Origin: an uncultured Pseudomonadales bacterium
GTDB taxonomy: Bacteria > Patescibacteriota > Microgenomatia > UBA1400 > UBA12028
Assembly: GCA_964635905.1 (NCBI GenBank)
Contig: CAZWPK010000002.1
Coordinates: 141,621-205,620 of the forward strand
Length of the DNA: 64,000 nucleotides
Reading direction: 5' to 3'
The notes under the pieces are model-generated. The model saw nothing but the letters and a program-made list of their open reading frames with translations, was not told the DNA's origin and did no database searches. Of this stretch, positions 20,097-29,926 are shown in pieces (positions within the stretch are counted from its first letter, which is position 1; every line of letters starts with the position of its first letter). The position numbers and the translations under genes are program-made.

Positions 20097-20903
20097 ATGA
20101 ATCCATTTTTACATATCGTCTCCGATTATGGCGTCTCGGATCCTGCCTTCGGTGAAGTTTTGCAGCGACTACATGCGTCCCTCTCCGATATCTCTCCGAC
20201 AGTACACATCACTTCCGTAGATTTTTCAGACACGGTGGCGGGCGGGTTTTGGATCTATCAGTTCTTGATGGGTAAGACAGAAGATCAACCAATGACGTGT
20301 TACTCCAACATCGCTCCCCGAAAAGTACAACGTCATGCCATGAAGAACAATAGTGGAGAAGGCTTAAAGTACGGCAAATTAACCAATGGTGCCCAAGTGA
20401 TTGCCGTCAATTCAGAATACGTTTTCTCATTCATCAAACCGTATCTACAAGAATTTAAAGAAATTGAAGTTTCCAATCAAGGAACGCAGTTTCGCTCCCG
20501 CGACAACTATCCTCGAATCGTCAGTGAAGTACTGCATGGAAATCTGGACAGTTTAACCGAAAATCTTCCCTTAAGTCTAATTCCTGATGTTCCAAAATCT
20601 AAAATCGCTTGGGTCGATGGCTATGGCAATATCAAAACCACCATCCGCCGCTCAGAAGTGAATTTCCAACCAGGACAACAGTTAAAGATCGAAATTAACG
20701 GCGTGATTTGGACTGGATACATGGCTGATGGGACGTTTGGCGTCCATCACGGACAACTCGCGTTTGCGGCTGGAAGTAGTGGCTATGATGATCCGTTTAT
20801 GGAGATCTTCCTTAGACGCCATATCGTGCGCGACGTCTCCGCCTATGATGTCTTCAATCATCCCAAATGTGGAGATACCATTGCTATCACTCCGGAGGAG
20901 TAA
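20097..20903 (+). CDS. DUF62-like (SAM hydroxide adenosyltransferase / fluorinase-chlorinase fold) protein, divergent
   Basis: N-terminus HIVSDYGVSDPAFGEV versus family LLTDFGxxDxYVGxM. C-terminus AWVDGYGNIKTTI...GQLAFAAGSSGY...MEIF...GDTIAI matches DUF62 VDxFGNLITNI...GSSGxLEIA...GD.V. Confidence 0.45.
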   Translation: MNPFLHIVSDYGVSDPAFGEVLQRLHASLSDISPTVHITSVDFSDTVAGGFWIYQFLMGKTEDQPMTCYSNIAPRKVQRHAMKNNSGEGLKYGKLTNGAQVIAVNSEYVFSFIKPYLQEFKEIEVSNQGTQFRSRDNYPRIVSEVLHGNLDSLTENLPLSLIPDVPKSKIAWVDGYGNIKTTIRRSEVNFQPGQQLKIEINGVIWTGYMADGTFGVHHGQLAFAAGSSGYDDPFMEIFLRRHIVRDVSAYDVFNHPKCGDTIAITPEE

Positions 20904-20906
20904 CGC

Positions 20907-21971
20907 ATGGAGTTACGGGATCAGTTAGCAGAATCTCAACAAGCAATTGAAAAAGTCTTGCGATCTTTTTTTGCTTCCCAAGGGAGTTCCGCAAAAGAAA
21001 TCCATTCTTCCCTGTATGACTCCGTGCAACAACTGGAAGAGTTTTCACTGCGCGGTGGGAAATCGGTGCGATCGTTTCTAACACTAACTGCAGCCAAGCT
21101 TTCTGGTCTATCACCTAGTGGGGAACTCTATAAAGCGTGTGCTAGTGTAGAGTTGCACCACAAGCATATTCTTATCCTCGATGACATCGCCGATCGAGAT
21201 GAAACGCGCTACGGTGGACCCACACTGGAACATGCCTACTATGCCGTTTTTGGCCAAGATACCGACGGCAAACATCGAGCCTTATCGTTTGCAATGCTCG
21301 ATGGCGTCTTATTGGGGGCGTTGAGTAAAGAGCTCTTACTCTCCACCACCTTTCCACCTGCTGTCCTAGTCGACGGTATCAAGTTGTTTGATACCGTGAT
21401 GTATCGGGACACTTTGGCAGGCTGGCAGATCCATGGACTGCAATGTATTGAACCGCTTCGTGAATCGAATGAAGATTTATTCATTAAAGGTCTCTTGCTC
21501 GTCACCGCACGGTATACGTTTACGGGACCACTGTTGTTTGGACTCACACTCGCCCAATCGACAGACCAAACGATCAAACAGGCCATTATTGACTATGGTG
21601 AAAGCGTGGGAACGGCATTTCAGATGCAGGATGATATCTTAGGACTCTTTGGAGATCCCAAGGTAACGGGCAAACCAGTGGGAAACGATATACGGGAAGG
21701 AAAAAAGACCTTACTGGTGCAATACGCCTATCATCACACCACCAGCGCTAATCAAGAATTCTTAGAGAACTGTCTTGGAAAACCACTCTCATCCTCCGAT
21801 TTAGCAACCGTCCAAACCATTGTTACAGACTCTGGGGCACTAGACTACGCAAAGAACCTCGCCAAAACCTATGTTGATAAAGGGGTAAATGCCCTAAAAA
21901 ATCTTCCGGAGAGTGCGCCGCGCACGACCCTAATCGATCTTGCCTACTACATTATCAGCCGGCAGAAATAA
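20907..21971 (+). CDS. Polyprenyl diphosphate synthase (trans-isoprenyl diphosphate synthase)
   Basis: First and second Asp-rich motifs: LILDDIADRDETRYG and FQMQDDILGLFGDP. Confidence 0.8.
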   Translation: MELRDQLAESQQAIEKVLRSFFASQGSSAKEIHSSLYDSVQQLEEFSLRGGKSVRSFLTLTAAKLSGLSPSGELYKACASVELHHKHILILDDIADRDETRYGGPTLEHAYYAVFGQDTDGKHRALSFAMLDGVLLGALSKELLLSTTFPPAVLVDGIKLFDTVMYRDTLAGWQIHGLQCIEPLRESNEDLFIKGLLLVTARYTFTGPLLFGLTLAQSTDQTIKQAIIDYGESVGTAFQMQDDILGLFGDPKVTGKPVGNDIREGKKTLLVQYAYHHTTSANQEFLENCLGKPLSSSDLATVQTIVTDSGALDYAKNLAKTYVDKGVNALKNLPESAPRTTLIDLAYYIISRQK

Positions 21972-21975
21972 GACG

Positions 21976-22692
21976 TTAGATCTTTTTAGCTAATACTTTC
22001 GTTGGCAATCCATTAGTAAAGTAGCGCAATGGATCGATAAGCCCAGTATCCTGACTAATTTCAAAGTGTAAATGTGGTCCAGTAGTTCGACCCGTCATTC
22101 CGACAGATCCAATTTTCGTTGCAGCGTCTACTTCGTCGCCTTCTTTCACCGAAGCTTCCTTTAAGTGGGCATAGAGCGCCGTAACCGTAAAACCTTGCTC
22201 TTCATGTTCAATCACCACGTAGCGTCCATATCCACCTGCTTCATACGCAACATTGAGTACGACACCAGCGTGCATGGCCATCACCGGAGTTCCGATGGGA
22301 GCACGGATATCAATTCCATGGTGGAATCGGTTAAAAAAGCTAGAGATACCCAACACGTGGCTTGAAGAAATTGGTAAGACACGCACAACCGGCTTTGTCT
22401 TCTTCTCCACTTTTCGTTCTTTTAACGAAGAAAGAGGAACAAGCACCGGAGGCATGGTAGGAGAAATGGTCGGAGTAGGCTCCGCTGTGGATTCCTTTGA
22501 TTCAAAGGAGAGCACAACTTCGGCCTTCTCACCGGATTGTCCCGCAGTGACTGCACTTTCAATGAGCAGTGAGGGGAACACATCCGAAAGATCGGTGAGG
22601 ACGTCATCGGCCGCATACGCAGTCGACTGTCCAAAGAAAATAAATAGTAATCCAAGAAGCACTGTAGTCAGTACTCGTTTCATCATTGCCAC
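21976..22692 (-). CDS. M23 family metallopeptidase (LytM-like)
   Basis: Signal peptide, HHGIDIRAP..GTPVMAMHAGVV, and GMTGRTTGPHLHFEI. Confidence 0.8.
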   Translation of the reverse strand: MAMMKRVLTTVLLGLLFIFFGQSTAYAADDVLTDLSDVFPSLLIESAVTAGQSGEKAEVVLSFESKESTAEPTPTISPTMPPVLVPLSSLKERKVEKKTKPVVRVLPISSSHVLGISSFFNRFHHGIDIRAPIGTPVMAMHAGVVLNVAYEAGGYGRYVVIEHEEQGFTVTALYAHLKEASVKEGDEVDAATKIGSVGMTGRTTGPHLHFEISQDTGLIDPLRYFTNGLPTKVLAKKI

Positions 22693-22930
22693 ATCATCGT
22701 GGCCAGTGACTTGCGTTTAAACAAGTCGACCCTCTTCGTATTAGGAGGAGGGTTTAAAAAAGCCTCCAATTTCGGAGGCAAAGCCTATATTAGTAGATTG
22801 CTGCTTATTTGTCAAGTTTCCACGGCTTAAATCACCTCAAGAGGTTTTTTCCTGTCTTGAGAGGATTTCTAGGCTTTCCTCTGGTATAGACTAGCATTTT
22901 GCCCAATTTCCTGATAAAATTGCCAAAGTT

Positions 22931-23923
22931 ATGAAATACCTCTCCAGCGTCAAAATAGCCGAAAAACGCGTCTTAGTGCGCCTAGATCTAGATCTTCCCA
23001 AGACTCCGACTGGGTATGATACAACTCGACTGGATCAAGGCATTCCTACCTTAAAATACCTCTTAACCAAAGGGGCAAGTGCGATCACCGTGATTGCCCA
23101 CCGTGGCAGGCCCAAGGCTAAAAGTACCCTGTACTCCTTAACTCCGATCGAGAAGCTGTTACGAGCACATTTTTTACCAGAGGAAAATGAGAAAATTACC
23201 CTGCTGGACAACCTGCGTTTTGACCCACGAGAAGAAAAAGGCAGCGTGGTCTTTGCTCGAGAATTAGCCAAAAAGCAGGATTTCTATGTCTTGGATGCGT
23301 TTGCGACCTTACATCGTTCCCATACGTCCATTACCTTTATTCCTCAAGTATTGCCAACATATCCAGGCCTCCAACTCCAAAAAGAGCTCGAAGCATTCGC
23401 AAAAATCCTCAATACCCCCAAACGCCCGTTTGTCGTGGTGTTAGGTGGATCAAAACTAGAAACCAAAATGCCCCTCATTAATGGGCTTCAAGAGAGAGCC
23501 GATGTCATCCTGGTGGGTGGAAAACTGGCGCTAGAAGCTCGAGAAAAGGGTATGGAAGTTGGCCGAAAGGTCATCTTGGCAGAACTGACCAAAGATGGAA
23601 AAGATATCTCAACCGGCGCCATGGAACAGTTTGAACGGTTCCTCCGTGCAGCTGGTACCGTGGTCTGGAACGGGCCAATGGGTGTCTATGAAGATAGTAA
23701 ACACGCAGAGGGTACCAAAAAGATTGCGCAAGTGATCAATGATATTTCCGCCTTTACCCTTACGGGTGGTGGCGACACCGAAGCCGCGCAGACCCTCTTT
23801 AAAGCAGAATCGAAAGTAAAACACATCTCCTCTGGCGGTGGTTCCATGCTCGATTACTTGCTGTACAAGACATTGCCTGGCATTGAAGCCTTGGATGCAA
23901 GTCAACAAAGCTTTAAGCTCTAA
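22931..23923 (+). CDS. pgk: Phosphoglycerate kinase (short form)
   Basis: TVIAHRGRPK, FARELAKKQDFYVLDAFATLHR, GGGDT, and WNGPMGVYED. Confidence 0.8.
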   Translation: MKYLSSVKIAEKRVLVRLDLDLPKTPTGYDTTRLDQGIPTLKYLLTKGASAITVIAHRGRPKAKSTLYSLTPIEKLLRAHFLPEENEKITLLDNLRFDPREEKGSVVFARELAKKQDFYVLDAFATLHRSHTSITFIPQVLPTYPGLQLQKELEAFAKILNTPKRPFVVVLGGSKLETKMPLINGLQERADVILVGGKLALEAREKGMEVGRKVILAELTKDGKDISTGAMEQFERFLRAAGTVVWNGPMGVYEDSKHAEGTKKIAQVINDISAFTLTGGGDTEAAQTLFKAESKVKHISSGGGSMLDYLLYKTLPGIEALDASQQSFKL

Positions 23924-23948
23924 TCTGTAGCAACGCGTTGACTACACT

Positions 23949-24449
23949 TTACTCTGCCATTAATGGGACGTCACTGTACAATTTTTTGGCGAGCTTGGTG
24001 AGAATTTTATCCGTAGTTCCCTCTTCGTCTAGTGTCTTTTCTAAAAGATCCGCTTCCGTATCATGTCCCATCACCTTTGCGTAGGTAAGCGCGGTTCCAT
24101 ACCCGGCTATTTCATAGTGCTCGACACGCTGTGCTTGAGAAATAAGGACCAAATCGGTCAGTTCCTCACTCACGTCTTCTTCCATATGGGTTTTGGCTTC
24201 TTCAATAATGCCTTGCATTCCCTTACAGACTTTGCGTTTGAGCGTAATATCCAGGTTTTCACAGACTTTTTCTAGCCGCGCAACCTGTTCCTTAGTCTGT
24301 TCGAAATGGAGTGTGAAAGCGTCCGCCACTTCTTGATTGACAGCGTTCTTAATCATTTTCGGTAACGCTTTTAATATCTGCTGCTCTGCACTATATAAAT
24401 CAGTCATTTCTTCTGCAAATAGATCATGGAGCGTCGTGAGTTTAGGCAT
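23949..24449 (-). CDS. Ferritin-like DUF892 (YciE/YciF) family protein
   Basis: MPKLTTLHDLFAEEMTDLYSAEQQILKALPKM matches the YciF family N-terminus. Start placed at the MPKL Met. Confidence 0.5.
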   Translation of the reverse strand: MPKLTTLHDLFAEEMTDLYSAEQQILKALPKMIKNAVNQEVADAFTLHFEQTKEQVARLEKVCENLDITLKRKVCKGMQGIIEEAKTHMEEDVSEELTDLVLISQAQRVEHYEIAGYGTALTYAKVMGHDTEADLLEKTLDEEGTTDKILTKLAKKLYSDVPLMAE

Positions 24450-24612
24450 AGGATCCTTTCTGTTACATGAGATTTTCATCCTACGGGTGCTAGACAAGGG
24501 TAGGAACGCGTCCGTGTTACAGCACGGTAAGAAGCGAACTCGTACGAACTGTTTCTTTAGAATTTTTCTGTTTTAGTGTAGAACTAGGTGGTACTAGCAA
24601 TGGAATAGTTTT

Positions 24613-24619
24613 AAAGGAG
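24613..24619 (+). promoter_or_regulatory. Shine-Dalgarno AAAGGAG for gap
   Basis: aaaggag sits 6 nt upstream of the ATG at 24625. Confidence 0.5.
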
Positions 24620-24624
24620 TCTGT

Positions 24625-25677
24625 ATGCGTATCGCAATTAATGGGTTTGGAAGAATTGGCCGAACAGCCTTTCGAGTGTGGTTGGCCCACTACCAGTCCA
24701 AGGCAGAGTTAGTGGCCATCAATACCTCCGGATCCATGGACTTAGCAGGCTGGGCCCACTTACTTCGCTATGACTCCAACTACGGGGTATTATCCCAGGA
24801 AATTACCATAGAGGAGCATCAAAAAGCGAAGACAGCAACCGATGCAGACCCTGTTTTAGGGACGTTGACTGTCGCCGGCAAAACAATTCAGGTGTTAGCC
24901 CAACGAGATCCGGCAAAACTTCCCTGGTCATCACTTGCAATTGATACTGTCATTGAATCCACAGGTGTGTTTATTACTCAAGAAAAAGCAGGTTTGCATC
25001 TGCAGGCAGGTGCAAAACGCGTCATTATCAGCGCTCCACCCAAGGGCGAAGGGATTCAAACCTTTGTCTTAGGGGTCAATGAAGCAATCGACACCCATGA
25101 GGAAGCATCCGGACAAACTATTATCTCCAATGCCTCGTGTACGACGAACTGTGTGGCTCCAGTTGTCTTTGTTATCCATCAACAGTTTGGTATTCAAAAA
25201 GCCATGATGACAACAGTACACGCCTATACCGACGATCAGAACCTGCATGACAATTCACACAAGGACCTACGTCGCGCACGCAGTGCCGCCAAGAACATCG
25301 TCCCGACAACCACGGGTGCAGCAATTGCCGTCACTGAGACAATTCCAGCGTTAAAAAACAAATTCGATGGATTGGCTATCCGTGTGCCTGTGGCGACTGG
25401 ATCACTTTCCGATATGACCTTTGTTATTGAGAAACCAACGACCGTAGAAGAAATCAATGCGGCTCTCACTGCTGCCGCTCAGGAGCCACGGTTTGCTGGA
25501 ATTTTAGCGGTAACCAATGACCCCATCGTGAGCTCCGACATTATTGGTCGCCGAGAAAGCTCCATTGTGGATCTCCAGCTGACGCAAGTGATTGATGGCA
25601 CACTGATCAAAGTAGTCTCTTGGTATGACAACGAATACGGCTATTGCAACCGCCTCGTGGAACAAGCCAGTCAATAA
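24625..25677 (+). CDS. gap: Glyceraldehyde-3-phosphate dehydrogenase
   Basis: MRIAINGFGRIGR and active-site ASCTTNC. Confidence 0.9.
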   Translation: MRIAINGFGRIGRTAFRVWLAHYQSKAELVAINTSGSMDLAGWAHLLRYDSNYGVLSQEITIEEHQKAKTATDADPVLGTLTVAGKTIQVLAQRDPAKLPWSSLAIDTVIESTGVFITQEKAGLHLQAGAKRVIISAPPKGEGIQTFVLGVNEAIDTHEEASGQTIISNASCTTNCVAPVVFVIHQQFGIQKAMMTTVHAYTDDQNLHDNSHKDLRRARSAAKNIVPTTTGAAIAVTETIPALKNKFDGLAIRVPVATGSLSDMTFVIEKPTTVEEINAALTAAAQEPRFAGILAVTNDPIVSSDIIGRRESSIVDLQLTQVIDGTLIKVVSWYDNEYGYCNRLVEQASQ

Positions 25678-25740
25678 CGCATCACCGAACTCTTGGATTC
25701 CTCTTACTGCTTTTGCTCTTGGCTTTAGTACAATAGGGGC

Positions 25741-26418
25741 ATGGTTGATCAACTCTTTGAGATCATACGCGTTGGAGTTCTCGCAATCGCGACGATTCTT
25801 ATTATCGTCCTCGCATTAGGGGCGCTCATTCTCGTGCAATGGATTGCCAATATCTTTGCTCCTAAAAAAAATACGGCAGACGAACAAGAGAGTGATACCG
25901 CTGAATTCTCCTCTGTTACGCATGAAGAGGACGAAGAGACGATCCCCCAGCCTGAAGAAGAGTCAGAACTAGAGCGTCGTGAGGATGTAGAAGAACTTCC
26001 AGCCAAGCGAAATACGAAAACGCTTCGACCAATCTATGAGAAGTATCCTCGAATCTATCGACTAGAGATCCTCTATTGGAGAGGGGTCAGTAAGCCTTGG
26101 TGGTGGAATAACTATGCACGAGATCTGATTGAATATGCCAAAGAGTATTTCCCAATTCAAAAAATCAACTATTTTGCTACCTATAACTCCAATTCCAAAA
26201 GCCAAGATTATGAGAACCCCAGCTATCAAAAACGCATCCTTTTCCTTCGAACCAAGAAAGTTTCCAAGCACCCGTTAGTGTCAATTAACTATGATCAAGA
26301 ATTAATCATGATCAATAGCAATGCAGCCTTAGAGGAGATGAAAGACCGGATCGATGCCGAGTGGTATCGCCACTATGACTTCAAAAAAACCTATCGGGAT
26401 AGTGCAATAGAATACTAA
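25741..26418 (+). CDS. Hypothetical membrane-anchored acidic protein
   Basis: N-terminal TM, a Glu/Asp-rich segment, and a Trp/Tyr-rich C-terminal domain. Confidence 0.3.
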   Translation: MVDQLFEIIRVGVLAIATILIIVLALGALILVQWIANIFAPKKNTADEQESDTAEFSSVTHEEDEETIPQPEEESELERREDVEELPAKRNTKTLRPIYEKYPRIYRLEILYWRGVSKPWWWNNYARDLIEYAKEYFPIQKINYFATYNSNSKSQDYENPSYQKRILFLRTKKVSKHPLVSINYDQELIMINSNAALEEMKDRIDAEWYRHYDFKKTYRDSAIEY

Positions 26419-26482
26419 GTTTTCCTGTAGCCAGCCTGGCAATTTTGAGCGATCTATCTTATACTCCAATTCTTGAGAGTTT

Positions 26483-26557
26483 GGCGCGGTACCAGAGCGG
26501 CCCAATGGCGAGGTCTGCAAAACCTTCGATTCGCGGGTTCAAATCCCGCCCGCGCCT
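26483..26557 (+). tRNA. tRNA-Cys (GCA)
   Basis: Acceptor GGCGCGG/CCGCGCC. Anticodon stem GAGGT/ACCTT with loop CU-GCA-AA (U33, A37). T-arm GCGGG-TTCAAAT-CCCGC. Discriminator U73, diagnostic for tRNA-Cys. 75 nt; CCA not encoded. Confidence 0.75.
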
Positions 26558-26605
26558 CAAGAAAAGATTGTAGGAACTGCTTCCCTATTGCTAGAATAAT
26601 CTTGT

Positions 26606-27691
26606 ATGTTTTTTGATTCACTCCGATCTTTCTTCCCTCAAGAATCTTCTCGACACAACGGAGATCATGAAAAATCTTCTCAATCAATTCTTGATGCAAT
26701 AAATATGAGTGAGCAAAAGAGGATGTTTACTCAGTTGATAATGCTTGATCTAAAGGAAAGGAAGAAAGGGGAAGTTTACTATAAAGGATATACGTTGACT
26801 ACCGAGGATATTGAGTCGGTATTACATAGATTCCCTACTGCTGAACAATATCGACGTTTTACGCTTGAACTTAGTTTTAACATTGGTTCTCATGAAATCA
26901 CCAACATGTCGTATAAGCTCATCTTCAGAAATGGGTTTGATGCACTTGGAAAATTCCTCTATCCTGCTCAATGGGAAAACGTAATCGAAAAACCACGGAA
27001 ACGACGCAGAAAAGATGCTTTTAAGCAAAGCAAAAAGTATAGAGATACCGGTCGACTTGATAGCAAACTACGAGATGGATTTATCGATGTAGGTCGGGGT
27101 GGAATGCTTACAACCGAAAGCACTGAAACTAGCTCTGAAAACAGAGAAATACTCATTGTCGATCGAACAGAGGATATTGGTCTTCAAGAAGTGTTAGCGG
27201 ACGCGCGAAAAATTGTTGAAAAAACTTCTGATAAATCAGAAGCACTTTTTTTGATTGCAAAACTCGTTTTTAACTTAATGAATGGAGAGGAAGGAATTGA
27301 GAAGTGGATTGAACAGAATGGTAAGTTTGCCAACACTGAAGTCTTTATTGGTGATTTCGATCAACGATATAACTCTGCGGGGGTCTGCCGTCATATGGCC
27401 TTACTTTTTCACATCGTTGCATCGGATTTTGGTTTTCGTACCGCACTAGTGCGAGGATACTATCGTTACTCCAACATTGAAGAAGCACATACCTGGTGCG
27501 AACTTAACTTGAATGGTAAAAGATTTGTGGTCGATTTGGCAGGAGATCCAAGCAGATATCAAAAAGACTTTGCGCATTTTCAACAAAGTGGTGGTTTTCC
27601 AGAGTCTAATTCAGATGCTCTTCTTGCCAATACATATACCCGGAAAAAATATTTTGATATTAATGGAAAACTGCATTATTCGATAGGATAA
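26606..27691 (+). CDS. Transglutaminase-like (papain-fold Cys-His-Asp) domain protein
   Basis: C-terminal core GVCRHMALLFHIVASDFGFRTALVRGYY...EEAHTWCEL...VVDLAGDP matches transglutaminase-like G.C..fA.lf...R..GipaR.v.G...HaW.Ev...DpT. No signal peptide. Confidence 0.45.
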   Translation: MFFDSLRSFFPQESSRHNGDHEKSSQSILDAINMSEQKRMFTQLIMLDLKERKKGEVYYKGYTLTTEDIESVLHRFPTAEQYRRFTLELSFNIGSHEITNMSYKLIFRNGFDALGKFLYPAQWENVIEKPRKRRRKDAFKQSKKYRDTGRLDSKLRDGFIDVGRGGMLTTESTETSSENREILIVDRTEDIGLQEVLADARKIVEKTSDKSEALFLIAKLVFNLMNGEEGIEKWIEQNGKFANTEVFIGDFDQRYNSAGVCRHMALLFHIVASDFGFRTALVRGYYRYSNIEEAHTWCELNLNGKRFVVDLAGDPSRYQKDFAHFQQSGGFPESNSDALLANTYTRKKYFDINGKLHYSIG

Positions 27692-27847
27692 CCATATTTT
27701 TACTCCTGCATCTAAGAGTCACCGTATCAAGGCTATAATACAAGAAACAGAGGGCCATTTCTCTCTAAACGGATAGCTCCAAGTGAGACGGGGTGTCTCT
27801 CAAGAGAAATTTGGATGATTTCCATAAAAGTCAGTGATATCTTAATA

Positions 27848-28258
27848 TCACCTAGGCTGTAATGCTTTACGAATCCATTGTTGTATTTTCTCTTCCTGGA
27901 CATATACATCCGGGTCTTCGATCGTGGGCTCGGCAGCGTGGTTTCTAAGAGATATCGTAGGTCTTCCAGAAAGGCGAATGTTTTGAGTCCACATGAGCAC
28001 TTTTTTTCTAAGTACTTGATCTCTTGGGTCAGTGGTTACATCTGCTTTCAGCTTCTCTTGATAATTAAATGTTTGCATTACCCATTCACGGACCTTGGCC
28101 TTTAATACACGATCTTCTTCTGTTTCTTCAATTATTGGAAGATCTCCAGGCAACTCATCAGGTCCGGTTGATGGTTCTCTTTGTGGAAATTCTTCAATAT
28201 CTCTCCACGCATCGAGCGGCCGCCCCTCCGGAGATTCAAGACTTGCTTCTAAACTCAT
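27848..28258 (-). CDS. Hypothetical acidic protein
   Basis: 136 aa orphan ORF in the AT-rich islet. Confidence 0.3.
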   Translation of the reverse strand: MSLEASLESPEGRPLDAWRDIEEFPQREPSTGPDELPGDLPIIEETEEDRVLKAKVREWVMQTFNYQEKLKADVTTDPRDQVLRKKVLMWTQNIRLSGRPTISLRNHAAEPTIEDPDVYVQEEKIQQWIRKALQPR

Positions 28259-28320
28259 AGTTACTCCTTTTCTTACTGTCTATTCTAACAAATTTTATAT
28301 TCCAGGATATAATACCCGCT

Positions 28321-28758
28321 ATGACTCACAATCCAGAGATTGATTTTACAACCGAAGCTATGCTTACCTATGCCCAGAGTTTGGGGATTGGCGGCACGGC
28401 TGTAGCTTATTTTGTTAGTGTCGATTTTAATGACGACATATCGATTGACCAAAGTATTGCCACCAATCGGGTAAGCCGTCCGCGGGACTCAAATCGCGAC
28501 CGTGATGGGAAAAGAGATGTAGGCACAAATTATGTTGGAATGGCAACAGGAAAGACTAGTAGACGCTTGCGTCTTGAACTTGGTGACGACACAGCACTGG
28601 AACCACACAATGGTGAACCAGAAGCTCGTGGGGATGTGGCTTTAAACTTAGGAAGTGTGCTGCTAATTCTTGCATTTTCCGGTGGAACAGAAGATCAAGA
28701 TGTCGAGATTTCACAATATGGCATGGACGCGTATTTGAATCGTTACGTTCGAGACTAA
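28321..28758 (+). CDS. Hypothetical protein
   Basis: 145 aa orphan ORF in the AT-rich islet. Confidence 0.3.
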   Translation: MTHNPEIDFTTEAMLTYAQSLGIGGTAVAYFVSVDFNDDISIDQSIATNRVSRPRDSNRDRDGKRDVGTNYVGMATGKTSRRLRLELGDDTALEPHNGEPEARGDVALNLGSVLLILAFSGGTEDQDVEISQYGMDAYLNRYVRD

Positions 28759-28778
28759 GGGATGATGACTAGAATATT

Positions 28779-29174
28779 TTATCGAGATACACGATCATCG
28801 GTGCCTATTCTAGCCATCTCTTCAAATCCTTCCCTATGCCAACGACTTAGCTCATCAATCTCCGATGTAAGTTGAAGAATCGCCCGATATTCAGATATCT
28901 GTGTTAAATCTGATTTATTTTCAACCGCATCCAGAATCTGTGGTTGAAACTGTTTGAATAGTTCTTCCCTATTTTGTGAAAGTTGGATTATTTTCCTCAT
29001 CCATTCAGATTGATCATTTAAAATCCCTTCAAGTGCGCACCTTTTTTTCTCTGGATTATTATCATAATCTGTATCGCTTAAATCAACGTCTTTCAACAGC
29101 TCTTCTAAGCGTGCATCTCCTTCGGATTTTTCTCCCATAGATCTCCTACAGTAATTGTTACTCAACAATATCAC
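28779..29174 (-). CDS. Hypothetical acidic protein
   Basis: 131 aa orphan ORF in the AT-rich islet. Confidence 0.3.
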   Translation of the reverse strand: MILLSNNYCRRSMGEKSEGDARLEELLKDVDLSDTDYDNNPEKKRCALEGILNDQSEWMRKIIQLSQNREELFKQFQPQILDAVENKSDLTQISEYRAILQLTSEIDELSRWHREGFEEMARIGTDDRVSR

Positions 29175-29271
29175 AGCATTTTTGATTAATGCATACTAGT
29201 TAAGTCTCCTAGAATGAGGTTTACGTTTTCTTAAGTTTATCCCGTAGTACTTTGTCTATGGTATCCTACTT

Positions 29272-29877
29272 TTGATGACACCTAAGAAGGCTCTAACTCA
29301 AGAAAAGGTTAATCGCATTGAAAACATTGATCGCTTCGTTGACTGTGTTCTTGATTCCCTGTCGCTGATAGCAAAAAACCTTGAAGAACGAGAGTTTACC
29401 AACTGTTCTTTTGAAGGAACTGTGCTTACCGATAGCCGCTTCAATGGATCAACTTTTACTGGATGCAATTTTAGTAATGCGGTGGTGTCTGGCTGCAACT
29501 TCTTTGCTGCAACCTTTATTGAATGTAAGTTAATGGGTGTTTCCTTTTCGACAGTGCAGTCACTAATTGGGGTGTGTTTCGATCGCTGCAATTTTGATTA
29601 CGCAGACTTTAAAGGTATGGATTTGGCCAAACAAGAGCTTGGCGGATCCTCATTTGTAGAAACTGATTTTTCAGGGGCCAACTTGGAGAAAACGACCTGG
29701 AACGAGGCTCGGATTGTTCACTGCAACTTTTCCAAAGCTACACTTTTTCAAGCTGACTTTCGGGGAGCGATGCTTCAAGGAATTGATCTTCGCGATGCGA
29801 CATTTAAAGGAATTATTATCAATCCTGCACAAGGGATTCTTCTGTTAGAAGAAATAGGAATTACTGTCATGGAATAG
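29272..29877 (+). CDS. Pentapeptide-repeat protein (Qnr/MfpA-like)
   Basis: About 30 tandem A(D/N)(L/F)xx pentapeptides (CSFEGTVLTDSRFNGSTFTGCNFSNAVVSGCNFF... ADFRGAMLQGIDLRDATF). Confidence 0.8.
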   Translation: MMTPKKALTQEKVNRIENIDRFVDCVLDSLSLIAKNLEEREFTNCSFEGTVLTDSRFNGSTFTGCNFSNAVVSGCNFFAATFIECKLMGVSFSTVQSLIGVCFDRCNFDYADFKGMDLAKQELGGSSFVETDFSGANLEKTTWNEARIVHCNFSKATLFQADFRGAMLQGIDLRDATFKGIIINPAQGILLLEEIGITVME

Positions 29878-29926
29878 ACAGTTTTTTCTCTGGAACTAAA
29901 CCTTTAGAACGTGTTAAAATGTTTCT

